From assembly GCA_000320545.1 (NCBI GenBank), contig ADNK01001596.1:1-64000 (forward strand): a DNA stretch of 64,000 bases. Reading direction: 5' to 3'. Source of the DNA: Bigelowiella natans CCMP2755 (lineage: Eukaryota; Protista; Cercozoa). The notes under the pieces are model-generated. The model searched no databases, was not told the origin of the DNA, and was given only the letters and a program-made list of their open reading frames with translations. Below, in pieces: positions 1 through 12,400 of the stretch (position 1 is the first letter of the stretch; each line of letters opens with the position of its first letter). Position numbers and translations under genes: made by a program.

Positions 1-1072
1 ATATATCTGAACCCCCTTCCTTCTTTCTCTCTTGCTTGCTGTCTCCTCCTTTAAATATTACTTAACGTTTGCAGAGTAGTGTTGACCATATCCACCCCTG
101 ACTCTCGACAAGAGTTGTCGCAGGGGTGCTGATTCTGAAGCATTGCAACGATGTGCCGCAAGCCTAGAAGAAGCAGCAGCAACAAGTACGTTAAAGAGAA
201 AGGCAAGATCACTATGAGGCCAGAGCTGCACCTCTGGCGTCTTCCTTCGATATAACAATGCGGTGTTATCGGGCCGTCCATCACGGGAAGGAGAGAACTA
301 ACCGACGAATAGATTCGGTGCTCACCGCCTGATCATCGTTAACACAGACAATCACTGTTTGTTGCAACCTCCTTCGGCGTTGTGGTGTGTGCAAGGACAT
401 ACCTCTGGTGGGCCTTTGACTCCCCTGACCCATGATAATAAGAGATATGCCTGCAAGCCACATAATCGACGCGCGAGTAGCTCGATGGAACTTAGGGAGG
501 GGGATTCTCTCCATTTTATCGGTTCCGGCTGTGCCGCTGCAGAGACGTGTTTGTTTCAAGGCATGGGCTGGGGCACTTGTGCGCGAGTGCGGTTAGGAAA
601 CAGGAAGACCTACAGATTCGGTCCTTTTTTTGTACCAAAAACTTCTGCAAGAAGGCTTCTTCTCTTACAATATATTTTAGTCATTTTTTTAAGCTGAACA
701 CATCCTAGGCGGTTCTCGCATCATCTCTCACTTTCCGTCGTCGCTGAGGTCTGCAGAATCCCTTTGGGGGTTTTCCCCAGCGACAAGAAATTATCGGTGG
801 AATTCCCATAGGAATTGATATAAAAAAACGCGTCGCACCAGGTCGCCGACCTAAAAAAAATTCTGAAAAAATAAAAAAGCGGCAAGTGCTAAAAACCCAC
901 ATCACACCTTCCCGTACTCCGTAGAAGGCGAATTTTCCATCTCCGCGCCGAGCTCGCTTCTGTCGCGTGCATGGTTACATGTATTAGCACCGGCGACACA
1001 ATTAGAGTAAAATAAATATTATTATCTCGGTGGAGGGTATCTACGTGAGGAAGTAGAAACGTTACTCCAATA

Positions 1073-3673
1073 ATGGCGGGCCCTACATGTGTGTGACTCT
1101 CTGTGTGTATCTTGTCGACAAAAGAAGGGATTTCAGAATCGTAGTGGTTGACTTTTTAGTCATGATGCTTTATTATTATTATTTTTTTTTTATTTCATGT
1201 TACTTTTGTGCTCGTATTGAACAAGATACTGATTATTATCTCTCGTTGCTTAGATGCAATCCTTCAAGACCACCCTGTGTGGAAGCTGCTGGTCATGATC
1301 ACAGCCATCGCTCTTCCCTGTTGCTGTGCGTTGTTCTTAACCGTTCATATCACGCACACGCGCTTAAAAGGTGTTTAAAAAAAGAATTTGACAACGCGTG
1401 TCATCATCAGCGTTTGCTTTCATAAAAATAGGGCTATTCCACCATTATTTAGCGAAATGTACGCAAGCGCGCACCTTCACTTATATATTATTTGTTGTGG
1501 TTGGTTTGGTATGCGCAGGGGCTTTTCATCTACGTAGATCCTCCTCCCTAACACAAGAATTCGATGTTATTATCTTGTGCGCTTTCGCCCTCTTGTTCGT
1601 GGGGGGTGGGAGCGTTGCATTCCTTCTCCTTGAAGTGGATAGGAACAGCGAGCAGTGCAAGGGAATGTATCTCTACGCAGCTTTGGTTTACTTAGCGTTC
1701 AACTTTTTGTCATACCGGCTGCTCATGGCCCGGGGCCGCATGCTCGACCAGATGAACGAGTACACGCGCGTACATGATCTTCTCTACTGGCTGGTAATGG
1801 TTTCTTCTGTTGTGATACAATGGTTTATAGCGCTGACATTGTAGGATATGCCACTCATGATATCTCCACCTGCATTTCATATAACCTTAATTGAGATGAA
1901 GCTCTTTAATCGATCGGTCATTACTGATTGGATGCCGAGTTCTACTATTATGATAGACATTCATCCATCATCACCGTGAGTATCGACGTTAGGTGCACAC
2001 CGTGTTTATTGCATACGCTGTATGTGGGATGGGACTTTACAGCACCGCAGAATTTACGATTCAGCCGCTCAAAGCAGGAGGAAGGTTACCAACGTGACGG
2101 TGTATTATTTGAGCATGCTGCTGTCCGCAAGTCATCTCACAGAAATCAACAAATACTACCTCTAATGTTGTTTGATCTATACCATACCTCAGCTTTCCTA
2201 TTAATAAAACCTTTGGCGTTCTTTATCTTCTTTTACGTGAACCTGTCACAATTGTTCCAGGGGGAGGGAGCTATGCGTCCTCGAGTTGTCTGAAGGACTG
2301 TCGCACACGGCATTACTCATCACTTTGGCTGTGTGGGATACGGGCATTAGCTTATCGATTCTTTGGTTGCTCACCCTTTCCTTTCGAGACACAAGCTCCA
2401 GTCTGATGCCGGTGTTGAGAAGAAATATCGTTGGGACATCTCTCGCTGTCAGCAGGTATGTGGGGGTGGGGGGGAGGGCTTGTTTGTTGCACACCAGATT
2501 ATGTACTGACTATGCCTACGAACCTATTCACCATCACTTTCACCATTATTATCATCATCATGAGACTCTAGTATGCAAATATTTGCACATATAAATCACT
2601 TGGTACGCTGGATTAGGTGATTTTTGTATTATGTGTCCCCCCCCCCCCCCCTCTCTCCAGCACGGCATCGTTCATAGTGTTGATAACTGTAATGAGTGTG
2701 GAGAGTGATAAGAATGGAGGCGAAGGCTTTCTGCCAGGGGTTGCAATAGCATTTGCCATGTAAGTTGAGAGAAATGAAGACAAGAAGAAGAAGATGAAGA
2801 AAAAGAGGAATAAACACGACGAATTTGAATTTGGCCGACACCACCGTAATTGTAGATATAGAACAACTTCTAAACAGAGACGTTGGCATTTCTGCTGCTC
2901 GTTTGCCAGCACCAAGTGTTGGCTTTTCTTCAATTATCTTTCTACATCTTTTCTGCTTTGTAAACAGAAAAATGTGATGATGTATCGTCCCCTTAGACGA
3001 CTTCCTATTCAACTGAGTTTTTCCCCCGTCTTCCTTCTTTCACTGCAAGGCACGATGTACTCATAAACCTCCTGTGCATCAACTTCATCTGGCCCTCCAC
3101 CTACTATGCGAAAAACCTCCAAAGAGTGTTCAGGAAACGATGCCATGATGGACCCTCCAAGAACAACCAAAGCCACAGCTTCAGCAGCAGGTGCTCTTTA
3201 CATTAGTATCACAATTCATATCATATTTCCCACTTCCCCTGCCTCACGAGGAGCATCTACATTATCGACGTAGGTCGGTTTCTCGTTCTCGGGAGATTCG
3301 AATGATGATGAACCACGTATCTGGAAGAGTCTCCAAAACAAAAAAGAAATCCCTCCCAGATATGATCGCAGAGAGAAGGCAGCAGAACGCTCAGAGGAAG
3401 AGAAACAGTTTTAGCAATCCCAACAGTGTCACATTGGTAGCTGCAGAGGAGGATGAGCTTCATCAACAGAAAATCACGCTGCTACCAGCCGTCGCAATAG
3501 AAAGTGGAGGTGGGGGGGGCGAGATGAAAGAGCAGCAGCTTTGGATTTCATCTAACAACTTCCAACACGTTCCATCCCCCCCTGCCTCCCACAGTCTCTC
3601 CAAAGTCGCACCACTGGCAACGTGCGTGAGTTATGACGTCCAAGCATTAATTCGTGTATTTAAACATGTATAA
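1073..3673 (+). CDS. Multi-exon hypothetical multi-pass membrane protein (boundaries approximate)
   Basis: Several hydrophobic ORF segments (1398-1844, about 2330-2455, about 2660-2760) separated by GT..AG-like introns, then a hydrophilic tail ORF at 3191-3673. No family recognised. Confidence 0.4.
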
Positions 3674-5011
3674 TGAATGAGGATGACGCAGAGACTTTTG
3701 AAAACGGTGTCACAATTATGTCATTGTTGGTGCTCGTGTCCGGGCAATTATGCTAATCTTGATGTTAGGTGTGAGCGATCGGGCTCAGATGCAACTGCAG
3801 GGGGGATCATTTTGTCGTCATCTGGAAATTTTAATTGTGGATTGCAACAATCCAGTAACAGTCACCTGAAAGCTGCAGGAGGGCCACAAATCAATCATCA
3901 GAATCTTGATGAATCGGTACGATCGGGCATCATTGACGTCTAATGACTCGCTCGTAGGTAATCGGTAAAGAAAAGTTTCTTCGTCATTGATATAAAAACA
4001 AATTCATAGAAGATGTGCTGTCTGAATTCCAGATATTTGGCGACGAAGGGGGTTGCCAAACTGATGATTGCTCGAAATCGGAGCTGCTACCCGATTTGGG
4101 ATTCTGGTCGCAGCAAATCACTTCATTAAAAATATACACTTGGAGTGTGAAAGTATATACCTTGGACAGTGGCTTAGTATGTATATTTTGCGGGGATACT
4201 TTGACCATATGTAAGTGGCGAGCAGGATATGATACAACATTCGTCACGTCAAAAAGAAAGTAGAAGAAGCGTCAACATGACCGACAGCCAGAAAACAACT
4301 ACTAGAGATCTCCTGATGATGAAATTTGCATGAAATTTCAATGCATAATTTAATTTGATAATTTATGTGTAAGTAATTGCACACGATTTAATTTAATTAA
4401 TAGCAATCACTTCAGAGTGCTAATGTGATGCATGCGAGCGAATACCAGGACAATCCGCTTCGGAGATCATGCTAGCATGATTGTATTGTGTGTGAAAGTT
4501 GGTGTCCACGTTGGAATAAACCGCTCGCATGAGTACTTAACATCTGATTTTCAGTACCTCTGGATGTGTTCGTATATCTCACTAGCGAAATGCAATGCTT
4601 GAATGCCGCATTTTTTAGCAAACGAGTGCGAAGTCCAGTCTAGACAATGCACATGCGAGCGACTAATCGATTCAGCCTCACAGCATCTAGATTCATCCGT
4701 TTCTGGCACATCCAGACATTTTGGCCATGCTAGCATGTCTAGTGCTACAGTGTCTCGCTAGATCTAGCTAGCTAGAGATCTAGCTAACTAGAGACATCTG
4801 GATATGTGAGTACCCGATGCTAGCGACAATTTACATAACTTTACCTGGGACAATTTCCACTGTGCAAAAACGTCATCGATAAACACAAACTCGTGACTGT
4901 ATTTCGGCAAAAAAATCCAGTCGCAACTCGACCGAGTGATTTGGTATTTTCTGGCTTAAATTATTGTCTGTGATTCGAATCAGCTATTTTACCTCAGAGC
5001 TGCCAGCACAA

Positions 5012-6172
5012 ATGAGAAGGACAACAAGTACGAAAACCACACCTTGGGCCAAGAAAGGATGGTTGGCGAACAAGATGAGAACGGGGGATGCTGGCAGTCG
5101 ATCAGGTGGTACGGACCATCACAAAGATGCAAAAATGAAAACAACGATGAAATCCGCAACTTCGGCCAAGAAAGGATGGTTGACGAACAAGATGAGAACA
5201 GGGGATATTGGTAGTCGATCAGGCGGTATGGACTATCACAAAGATGCAAAAAGTCAACGAAAAAGTAAACAGAATGAAGAGATTCTTAAGTTGTTTGCGG
5301 GCTACCGAAAGTACAACATCGAGAATATGGGGGCACTGTGGAAGGATAATATAGATCTTGTTAGTGCAAAGATAACCAGTTTCGAAGACCTAGCGCCCCA
5401 TGTGAAAGAACTTCGTAAATGGGCCGAGACGTTCGGCATAGAGAATTGGGGTCTGGTTCTGCGACCGAATGCTAAGGAGAGTTACACGGACTCTACTGAA
5501 TCAGAAATAGAGAGGAAATTATGCAGCTTGCAGATTACTAAACCAGAGACAGAATCTGAGTTGAATCGCATCAAGATAACTGGCATAGTTCGAATTGATG
5601 GTACCAATAAAAGGACCACAAGCCAAGTGAAGCAGTTGATAGAAATCCTTAAGGACTTGGGAGGAAATCCGAGCAGAACTGAATTTAATCCAGAATTGAC
5701 AGGAGAAAATTTTGGCGCGAAAAAAGATGAAGATGCCAAGTTTTCTTATTCAGACGATGACGACTTCTGCATAAAACAGGATTGTGGATCCTTAAAAACA
5801 AGCATGCGATTTGATAGACAGGCACGACCTCGATTTCTTGTCTTGGCAGAAAGTGAGAAAGCCGAATATCCTGGAGATTTAACCAATGATAAGCACAATA
5901 GATTATGGGAACATGTCGAAGACTACGTTTGCTATAAAGCTCCACATGTTTTCGAAGTCAGTGTGAGCTATGGGTCGTGGAAGAATAGCAAAAGGCTTCA
6001 CATAAAGCTGAACACAACGAGCGAAGAGAAGTACATAGCTATCCACGATACATATTCAAAAAAAAATTATGAATGGAAACAATTACGACGTAGGCCGAAT
6101 GACAAGAGAGGCGTTAGAAAAAAAGAATCATCACATTGGAAAAGGGGAGGATTTAGGTCGGGAAAGAGTTAA
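5012..6172 (+). CDS. Intronless hypothetical protein of about 386 aa, possibly TE-derived, with an N-terminal tandem duplication
   Basis: Long uninterrupted ORF (track 4964-6172, first ATG at 5012). The peptide AKKGWLxNKMRTGDxGSRSGGxDxHKDAK occurs twice. Confidence 0.5.
   Translation: MRRTTSTKTTPWAKKGWLANKMRTGDAGSRSGGTDHHKDAKMKTTMKSATSAKKGWLTNKMRTGDIGSRSGGMDYHKDAKSQRKSKQNEEILKLFAGYRKYNIENMGALWKDNIDLVSAKITSFEDLAPHVKELRKWAETFGIENWGLVLRPNAKESYTDSTESEIERKLCSLQITKPETESELNRIKITGIVRIDGTNKRTTSQVKQLIEILKDLGGNPSRTEFNPELTGENFGAKKDEDAKFSYSDDDDFCIKQDCGSLKTSMRFDRQARPRFLVLAESEKAEYPGDLTNDKHNRLWEHVEDYVCYKAPHVFEVSVSYGSWKNSKRLHIKLNTTSEEKYIAIHDTYSKKNYEWKQLRRRPNDKRGVRKKESSHWKRGGFRSGKS
5047..5251 (+). repeat. Direct repeat, 2 x 88 bp with a 117 bp period
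   Basis: 5047-5134 and 5164-5251 align without gaps and differ only by transitions. Confidence 0.9.
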
Positions 6173-8999
6173 GGATAACCTACGAAGGGAGTGAAGGTCC
6201 CGTTAGTGCAAATGCAATATAAAATATCATGTAACAAAATTTAAACCTTACGAGACTCTGCAACTACTGGTCTATTATCTGAGCTGCGCGGCGACCTCGC
6301 TCGCTGTACATGTGGTGAGCAAGCCAGCAAGGCTGGCGCACCAGACCGAGCGGAGGTATCTAGAATTAACTAACAATGGACATTAGGCATGCATGTGCTG
6401 CACATATCTAGACATGTTGCTCGCGCGCACTAGCGCACACTGTTGTCACTGAATAGTATCTATGGCATGTTTTTAGTGTAATGCATGCGTAAGACGGATG
6501 TAACGAAGTGATTAAATTCAATGGCATCATCCTACGCGCTACACGTAGAGATGCATGTCTGATAACATGTTTATAGATATAGAGAACGCGTACGTACGAC
6601 TACGCTGCGTGTCTGTAAATTGCCGCGGACTCATGAGGTCTACTTGCATGTGGACACACTGCATGATATTGCAAATGACAGATATCACTGGTGCGCTACT
6701 AGCGCTACTACTGCATCCCATGTATGTACACGATCTCGCTCAAGGGCACTCCTGATAATGCCGAGAGTGCCGTAGTACGTCGATCGGCATGGTTGGAATG
6801 CACCAGCTATGTCCATTTGAATTAGTAGATGACACTGTTGAGATGTAGATGCAACGCTAACAAGAACGGGTGATGGCACATAGCTAGATAGCCTGCATGC
6901 GAAGTGGTTTAACAATATGAGCAATTAACGACCATCTGTACATTATCAGTGAATTCGGAAGATATCCAGATTATTAAATCTACCCATGATGTTGGAACAA
7001 TCAAAATTCTACAGAGTAGATAGCCCTATTTCGCATGTCGCCCAAGTAGGGATCCGTTCGTTTCCGCGTAAGCATTGGAGGTTTCAAACCATGAGGCAAA
7101 GCCAAATCCTCTATGGATGTCTTCTCGGAACTTGGATTATTCTGATTCGCAATTGCGCTAGATGAAGAGCTACTGCAGAGTGCATCACTGCGAATAGATA
7201 TTTTCATAGTGAAAGGTTGCACAACAAGGCAGAGCTTTCATCTCTATGTCAACAAAAAGCTCGGGTGATGTTATACCTGACTCTTGTGCATCTTCTTTTG
7301 TTCCACATGGCTGCATTTTCATGATCCCTGAGCATATCCGACTCAAGGGTGTGCATGTGACTTCAGTTCAAATAAACACGTACCTTCCGTTCGAACGCAT
7401 TTTTTGCTCAAGGTTTTGTTCACTGTTCATCCTTTCGCTCCGTGCCACATCTAAATGTCCACTTTGAACTATCGCCAAACTTTGAACAGTACGCAGCCGT
7501 TTGTTTGGAAACATCACAGCGCAATTCGTACACTCTGAGCTCAGAAGCTCTGAATGTCTGCAAGTGCTAGATTAGGAATTTTTGGAGGGGGAACAGACAA
7601 TGAATTTGACACAATTTCTGTCATTCATCATAGCGACAGAATTAGTTCATTGTCGCACAGATTTTTCATTGAACTTTTTTTGTGAAAGACAAACGATGAC
7701 GCGCAATTGTCGTTCGAGGAACTTTCCTCGAATGTTCATCGGTAACCAAGACGACACTTCCGACATCATTGCAGGAAAGGCCAGTGGCTGATTTAGCCAC
7801 AAATCGCATTCGTTGGGAAAACCAAGTCTTCCCAAGGATCATGGTCTTGGTGACGTCGGGGGAGTTTTAGAGATCTAGAGATGGAGCGGCATTCATTCAT
7901 GCATTCTTTCTTTCTTTCCTCATTCATTCACTTCTTCTTCTTCTTCATCGTCGTCGTTGTTGTCGTCTTCTTTTCTTCAATCAGTGGCAAACAGGCGCGA
8001 GTGCGATGCGATGCACCCAGAGCTGGTTTGCATCGGCATCGCTAGCTGCTGTTGGGTCGTTTGCACACACTTGTTCCTCCTCTTCCTTCTCCTCCTGTTC
8101 TTCTTCCATTTTTTTCTTCCTCTTCTTCGATCTCATTCCCTCTTGTGCGCTTCTTCGTTTTTCACTCCAGCATTGTTCAACGTGCAAGGTCTTGTCTGAA
8201 GGATGCAATCTGGCAATGGATGAAAGGAGCACACCTGGAGGTGCCAGGGAGATGACTAGATCTAGAGATGATCAGAAGAATGCAACTTGTTTCAGTGCTA
8301 CCTAGCCACGCATGCCATCGCCCGATCTGGGTTCATTGCGTGCAGCCATGCGTCTGAGGTTTGTCGCAGACGATCCAGCGATGCGTGAGCCGCAATGCCA
8401 GAATGCCCAGGATGCATGAGACGGAACAGAAACAACGACAGGTCGACGTGTTGCACGATGCGATCTAGCGCTGACCAGCTAGATCTAGAAATGACTGGCT
8501 AGCTCCAGCCTTGCTAGCTCCAGAGCTTGCTAGCTTGGCTGGAGCTAGCCACTAGGCCAGGCTAGCAGGTGAATCGAACTGGAAGTGAGCACTAGCGAGC
8601 GCACTAGCGCACCAGCGCATTCGATTCGCCATTGTGGACAACGCAATGTGATGTGCATGCGCATGTGATGCACGTCACATTCCAATCTGGCAATGTGACA
8701 CACACGTCTAGACGTGACACGTGCTGGCCAGCTGAGTCTCTGTGTCGGAGTCATCTGGTCACACTGCATGCCTGTGCATCACACGTTGCTAGCTCTGGAG
8801 CACTGACAGCTGGATGCATGGACATGCATGTCCCTGTGCGTGCACGCGCAAGGAACACACGTGCCCATGCACACCGTGTGCACCAAAAAGCACACATGCT
8901 CTGTTCATGTCCACACATGCACCAAACAAGCCACTACACATGTGCCGAAAATTGCATGCACACGTGAGCGCCATCACTTGGCACACGTGTAGCCACAGG

Positions 9000-9424
9000 T
9001 GTGACGGCGGAAAATTCAAAGGAATTTGACCGTTGAAAGTGGTCAATTTTGGAAGTCAATCCCGTTGAAATGCCCTGCAGTTTTGGCAGTTTTGGGTGGA
9101 GTTGGTGCTGTTGGTTGGTTGATTGGCAAATTGAGTCATCAAATGGGAAGCAAGTGGTTTGGGAAAAACCAAGTTTGTGTGCACGCAGCTGCCTCGATTG
9201 GTCAATGGCAGCGAACCCGCACCTGGCAGTCAGTTCGCTAGAAGTTTGAAAGCGGTCAGTGTGTTTGTTTGAGCGTGCACATGCGTGTGTTCTGAAGTCA
9301 CCAATGTCATCAGGGTTCATTGTTCATTGGAAAGTTTGATTGTTTTTGCTGAATGAGCGGCGACGAGCGTGCTGGTTTGGCAGAGGCAGAAGCCGACACT
9401 GGGAGATTGCTTTCAGCTGTCGCA
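9000..9424 (+). repeat. 5' LTR of element A
   Basis: Near-identical to 15114-15538. Confidence 0.95.
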
Positions 9425-12400
9425 GATGGCAGCGGCGCAGTGGAACGAAAGGAAAAAGTGCCAGAGGTGATGCACATTGAATCAGGAGGACCTGTTGCTG
9501 CGGGTGCTGCAGGTGACTTGAAGGAATCCAATTGGCAGGAAGTTCTGCTTGGGATGAAAATTGACAAGTTCCGAATGATCCTGGAAGGGGTGTCCATCCA
9601 GGAGAAACTGGCGGTCAATTTCAACAAGGACATCCGCAGCTTGCGTGACAATCGCAGTTCCCGCAGGTTCTTCATGGATCGATGCAGTGACAAAGGAGTG
9701 CCGGAGAAGACGTGGAAATGCTTCACAGAAAATCCGGAAGCAGCGGAGGACTTGATGGATGACGAAGATGCAACGGCAGCAGAGGAAAAGAAACAAAACA
9801 AAATGCGAGAACAAGACATCGGGGATCACCGAGGAATGTCTTGCAGAGCGAAAGCCATGGAAACACTTGGAAAGAAAATCAAGGTGAGGGGAGAACTTGA
9901 CCCAGCCTTCATTCACCGTGAAAAGTTTCGGAAGAAGGTGAGAAGAATCCAGAGTCAAATCGCAGGGCACAGCGAACTCTTTGGAGCGGACATGAGATTC
10001 GGACACGAGTTCTTCCGAACGATGTTGTCCCAGGATGCACGGGACAGGTTTGATCTGTGTGTCAAAAAACAGGAGAAGGAACGGCAACACCGAATGGATC
10101 ATCGCGAGAAACTCGAACAAGGAACACAACACTTGTGTGGCGAAGAGTCCCCGCAAGACACAAGGTTTGGGTTCAACAAGGAGTTTGATGAACTGCGAAA
10201 GGAGAAATTCAGATTTGCAGACCAAGTGATGATGCACAGTGAGCATGAACAAGTGTGCAGTCTGTTCCCGACGCACAAAATTGACCAGTGCGACAGGATG
10301 AACCATTGCAAAACCACAGATGTGGTCGATCCCTGCTCCCAGCCATGGCACATCACGACACCATGGGCATGACTCCAGCCGAACTCTTCAAACAGCTGAG
10401 AATTGGAGAGGAAATGATTCAGGAGTCACAACCGAAACACAACAGTGTGAATGCAATTGGAATGGAAGGGAACAGGAAGAAGAAGATCTGTTTCAACTTC
10501 CATGAAAAAGGGACTTGTCGACATGATCGATGTGGAAACGAATGCAAACGTGGTCATGAGAAAGGAGGGAAGTCCAACAGACTGTGCAAGTGCATCAGAG
10601 AGGGAAAATGCAAATGGGGCAAGAGATGCAGATTTTCGCACGAGCCAGGGGATGAAGCGACAAATTCGTCGAAGATTGCAGTGGATGCAAGTTTCCCCAA
10701 AATCATTCCTAGTTCCGATCCCTCTGCCAACACCTCGAATGGTGATTGGAGGGAATCCTGTGAGGACGTGGTGCAAACTGTGGACAACGATGTGGCAGAA
10801 TTGGCACAAGTCAACATCCCACAGGTCAACATTGCCTCCAAGCCCTGCAATGCAAATGAGTCTTCACGCCATTGTGATGTGCTGAGGGTGTTTGTGGAAG
10901 GCAAAAGTGGACCTGCTGAGATGAAAGCACTCCTTGACGATGGATCGCAGCCCACCACCATCAGCCTGCAAAAGATCAAATTGCTCGGCAAGCTGGGGGC
11001 AAAAATGAAAAGGACAAAGATGAGTGGCCAGGTTGGAGGTTTGAGTGCCACCTGTGTCCGGATGGAGGGTGAGGTGGAGTTTGAGATGAGAGTGAAGTGC
11101 AAAACCGCTCGGGGGGGACACGTGAGGCTCAGGATTTTTGCCACAGTCCTGGATGGGAATGCAAACTTTGACTTCACAATTGGCCAAGATGTGAGAAATC
11201 TGCACCGCATCGTGTCGCACCCAGACCCCAAACCCGAGCATCGCAAAGTCACAATTGATGGCACACCTGTTTGCTCTCATCCCTGCACTTCTCACCATCA
11301 AAATGCGAACTCCCTCACACTGGAAAGCAACTTGCTGGCCTCACCTGCATCAGCCCAGGATGCGGGCATCACCGATGGTGAAAGAAGCAAAACTGAAAGG
11401 CTGTCAAACTCGTGTTCAGTCCATGAGACACTCGACCTGTTGGATGCAGCGGATTCCCGATCAAGAGAGTGCGACCACGTCTGCGGCACTGGGGTGCCGG
11501 ATGAGGAAATTGAACACAGTCTTGGTGAGATTGTGTCGCTCCAACACGTCCACAGGGAATCAGAACGTGGCAATGCTGAACTTGCTTCGGGAGACTGCTT
11601 GCGTGTGCTGAACAGGGCAGAGGAAGAGTTCCGCGCAGGTTCAACACTCATGACGTCAAGAGAGCAATTTCATTGCCTGCGTCGTGTCCTGTGTCGTTGC
11701 TCATCGCGATTTGTGGAAAACACACCTGAGACAGGAGAATTGCGCATGCCGAAACACGAAGTCCATGATCACCTTTCACCGGGAAAGAAATTCATGCACC
11801 AAAAGGCTCACCGATTGCCCCCGGACAGATTGAATGCGATGGAGACCAAGTTGGAAGAACTGGAAAAACATGGGTCGTGCCACAAAAAATGTCGAATGAA
11901 GAAAAAGTGACAGCCACTTCACCTGCATTTCCTGTCTGGGACAGAGGCAAGAGCACCTGTCGGGTGGTCATCAGTGTGAAAAAAGTGAACGATGCTGTTG
12001 AACCAATGCACTTTGTCATGCCGATAACTGAAAACACCATGCGAAAAGCAACAACGAAAAACTGGGTGACATCGACCGACGCAAAATCTGGCTGGCCACA
12101 GATGGGGTGCACAAAGAAAACGCAAATGACCTTCGTGTTTGCAACTCAGAAACGTGCCAGATCAAGTTTGGGCCTGCCATTTGGACACAAAAATGCTCCT
12201 CAGACACTTGCGTGGTTGATGATCCAGATCATCAAAGGTCTCAACGACACGGTGGTTCGTGTGGATGATTGCTGCAACACGGGGGACACGTTCATGGCAG
12301 CATTGTTGGAGTTCACCAGATTCATGCAGAGGGCTGAAACCAAGAACTTGCACCTGTCTGCTGAAAAATTGCAAGCGTTTCCGAAAGAGTCATCCATGGT

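Noticed and set aside
6278-6364. Hairpin-rich segment ending in CTAG as a Helitron 3' end
   Set aside because: It is not followed by T, no Rep/helicase is nearby, and CTAG is ubiquitous in this genome.
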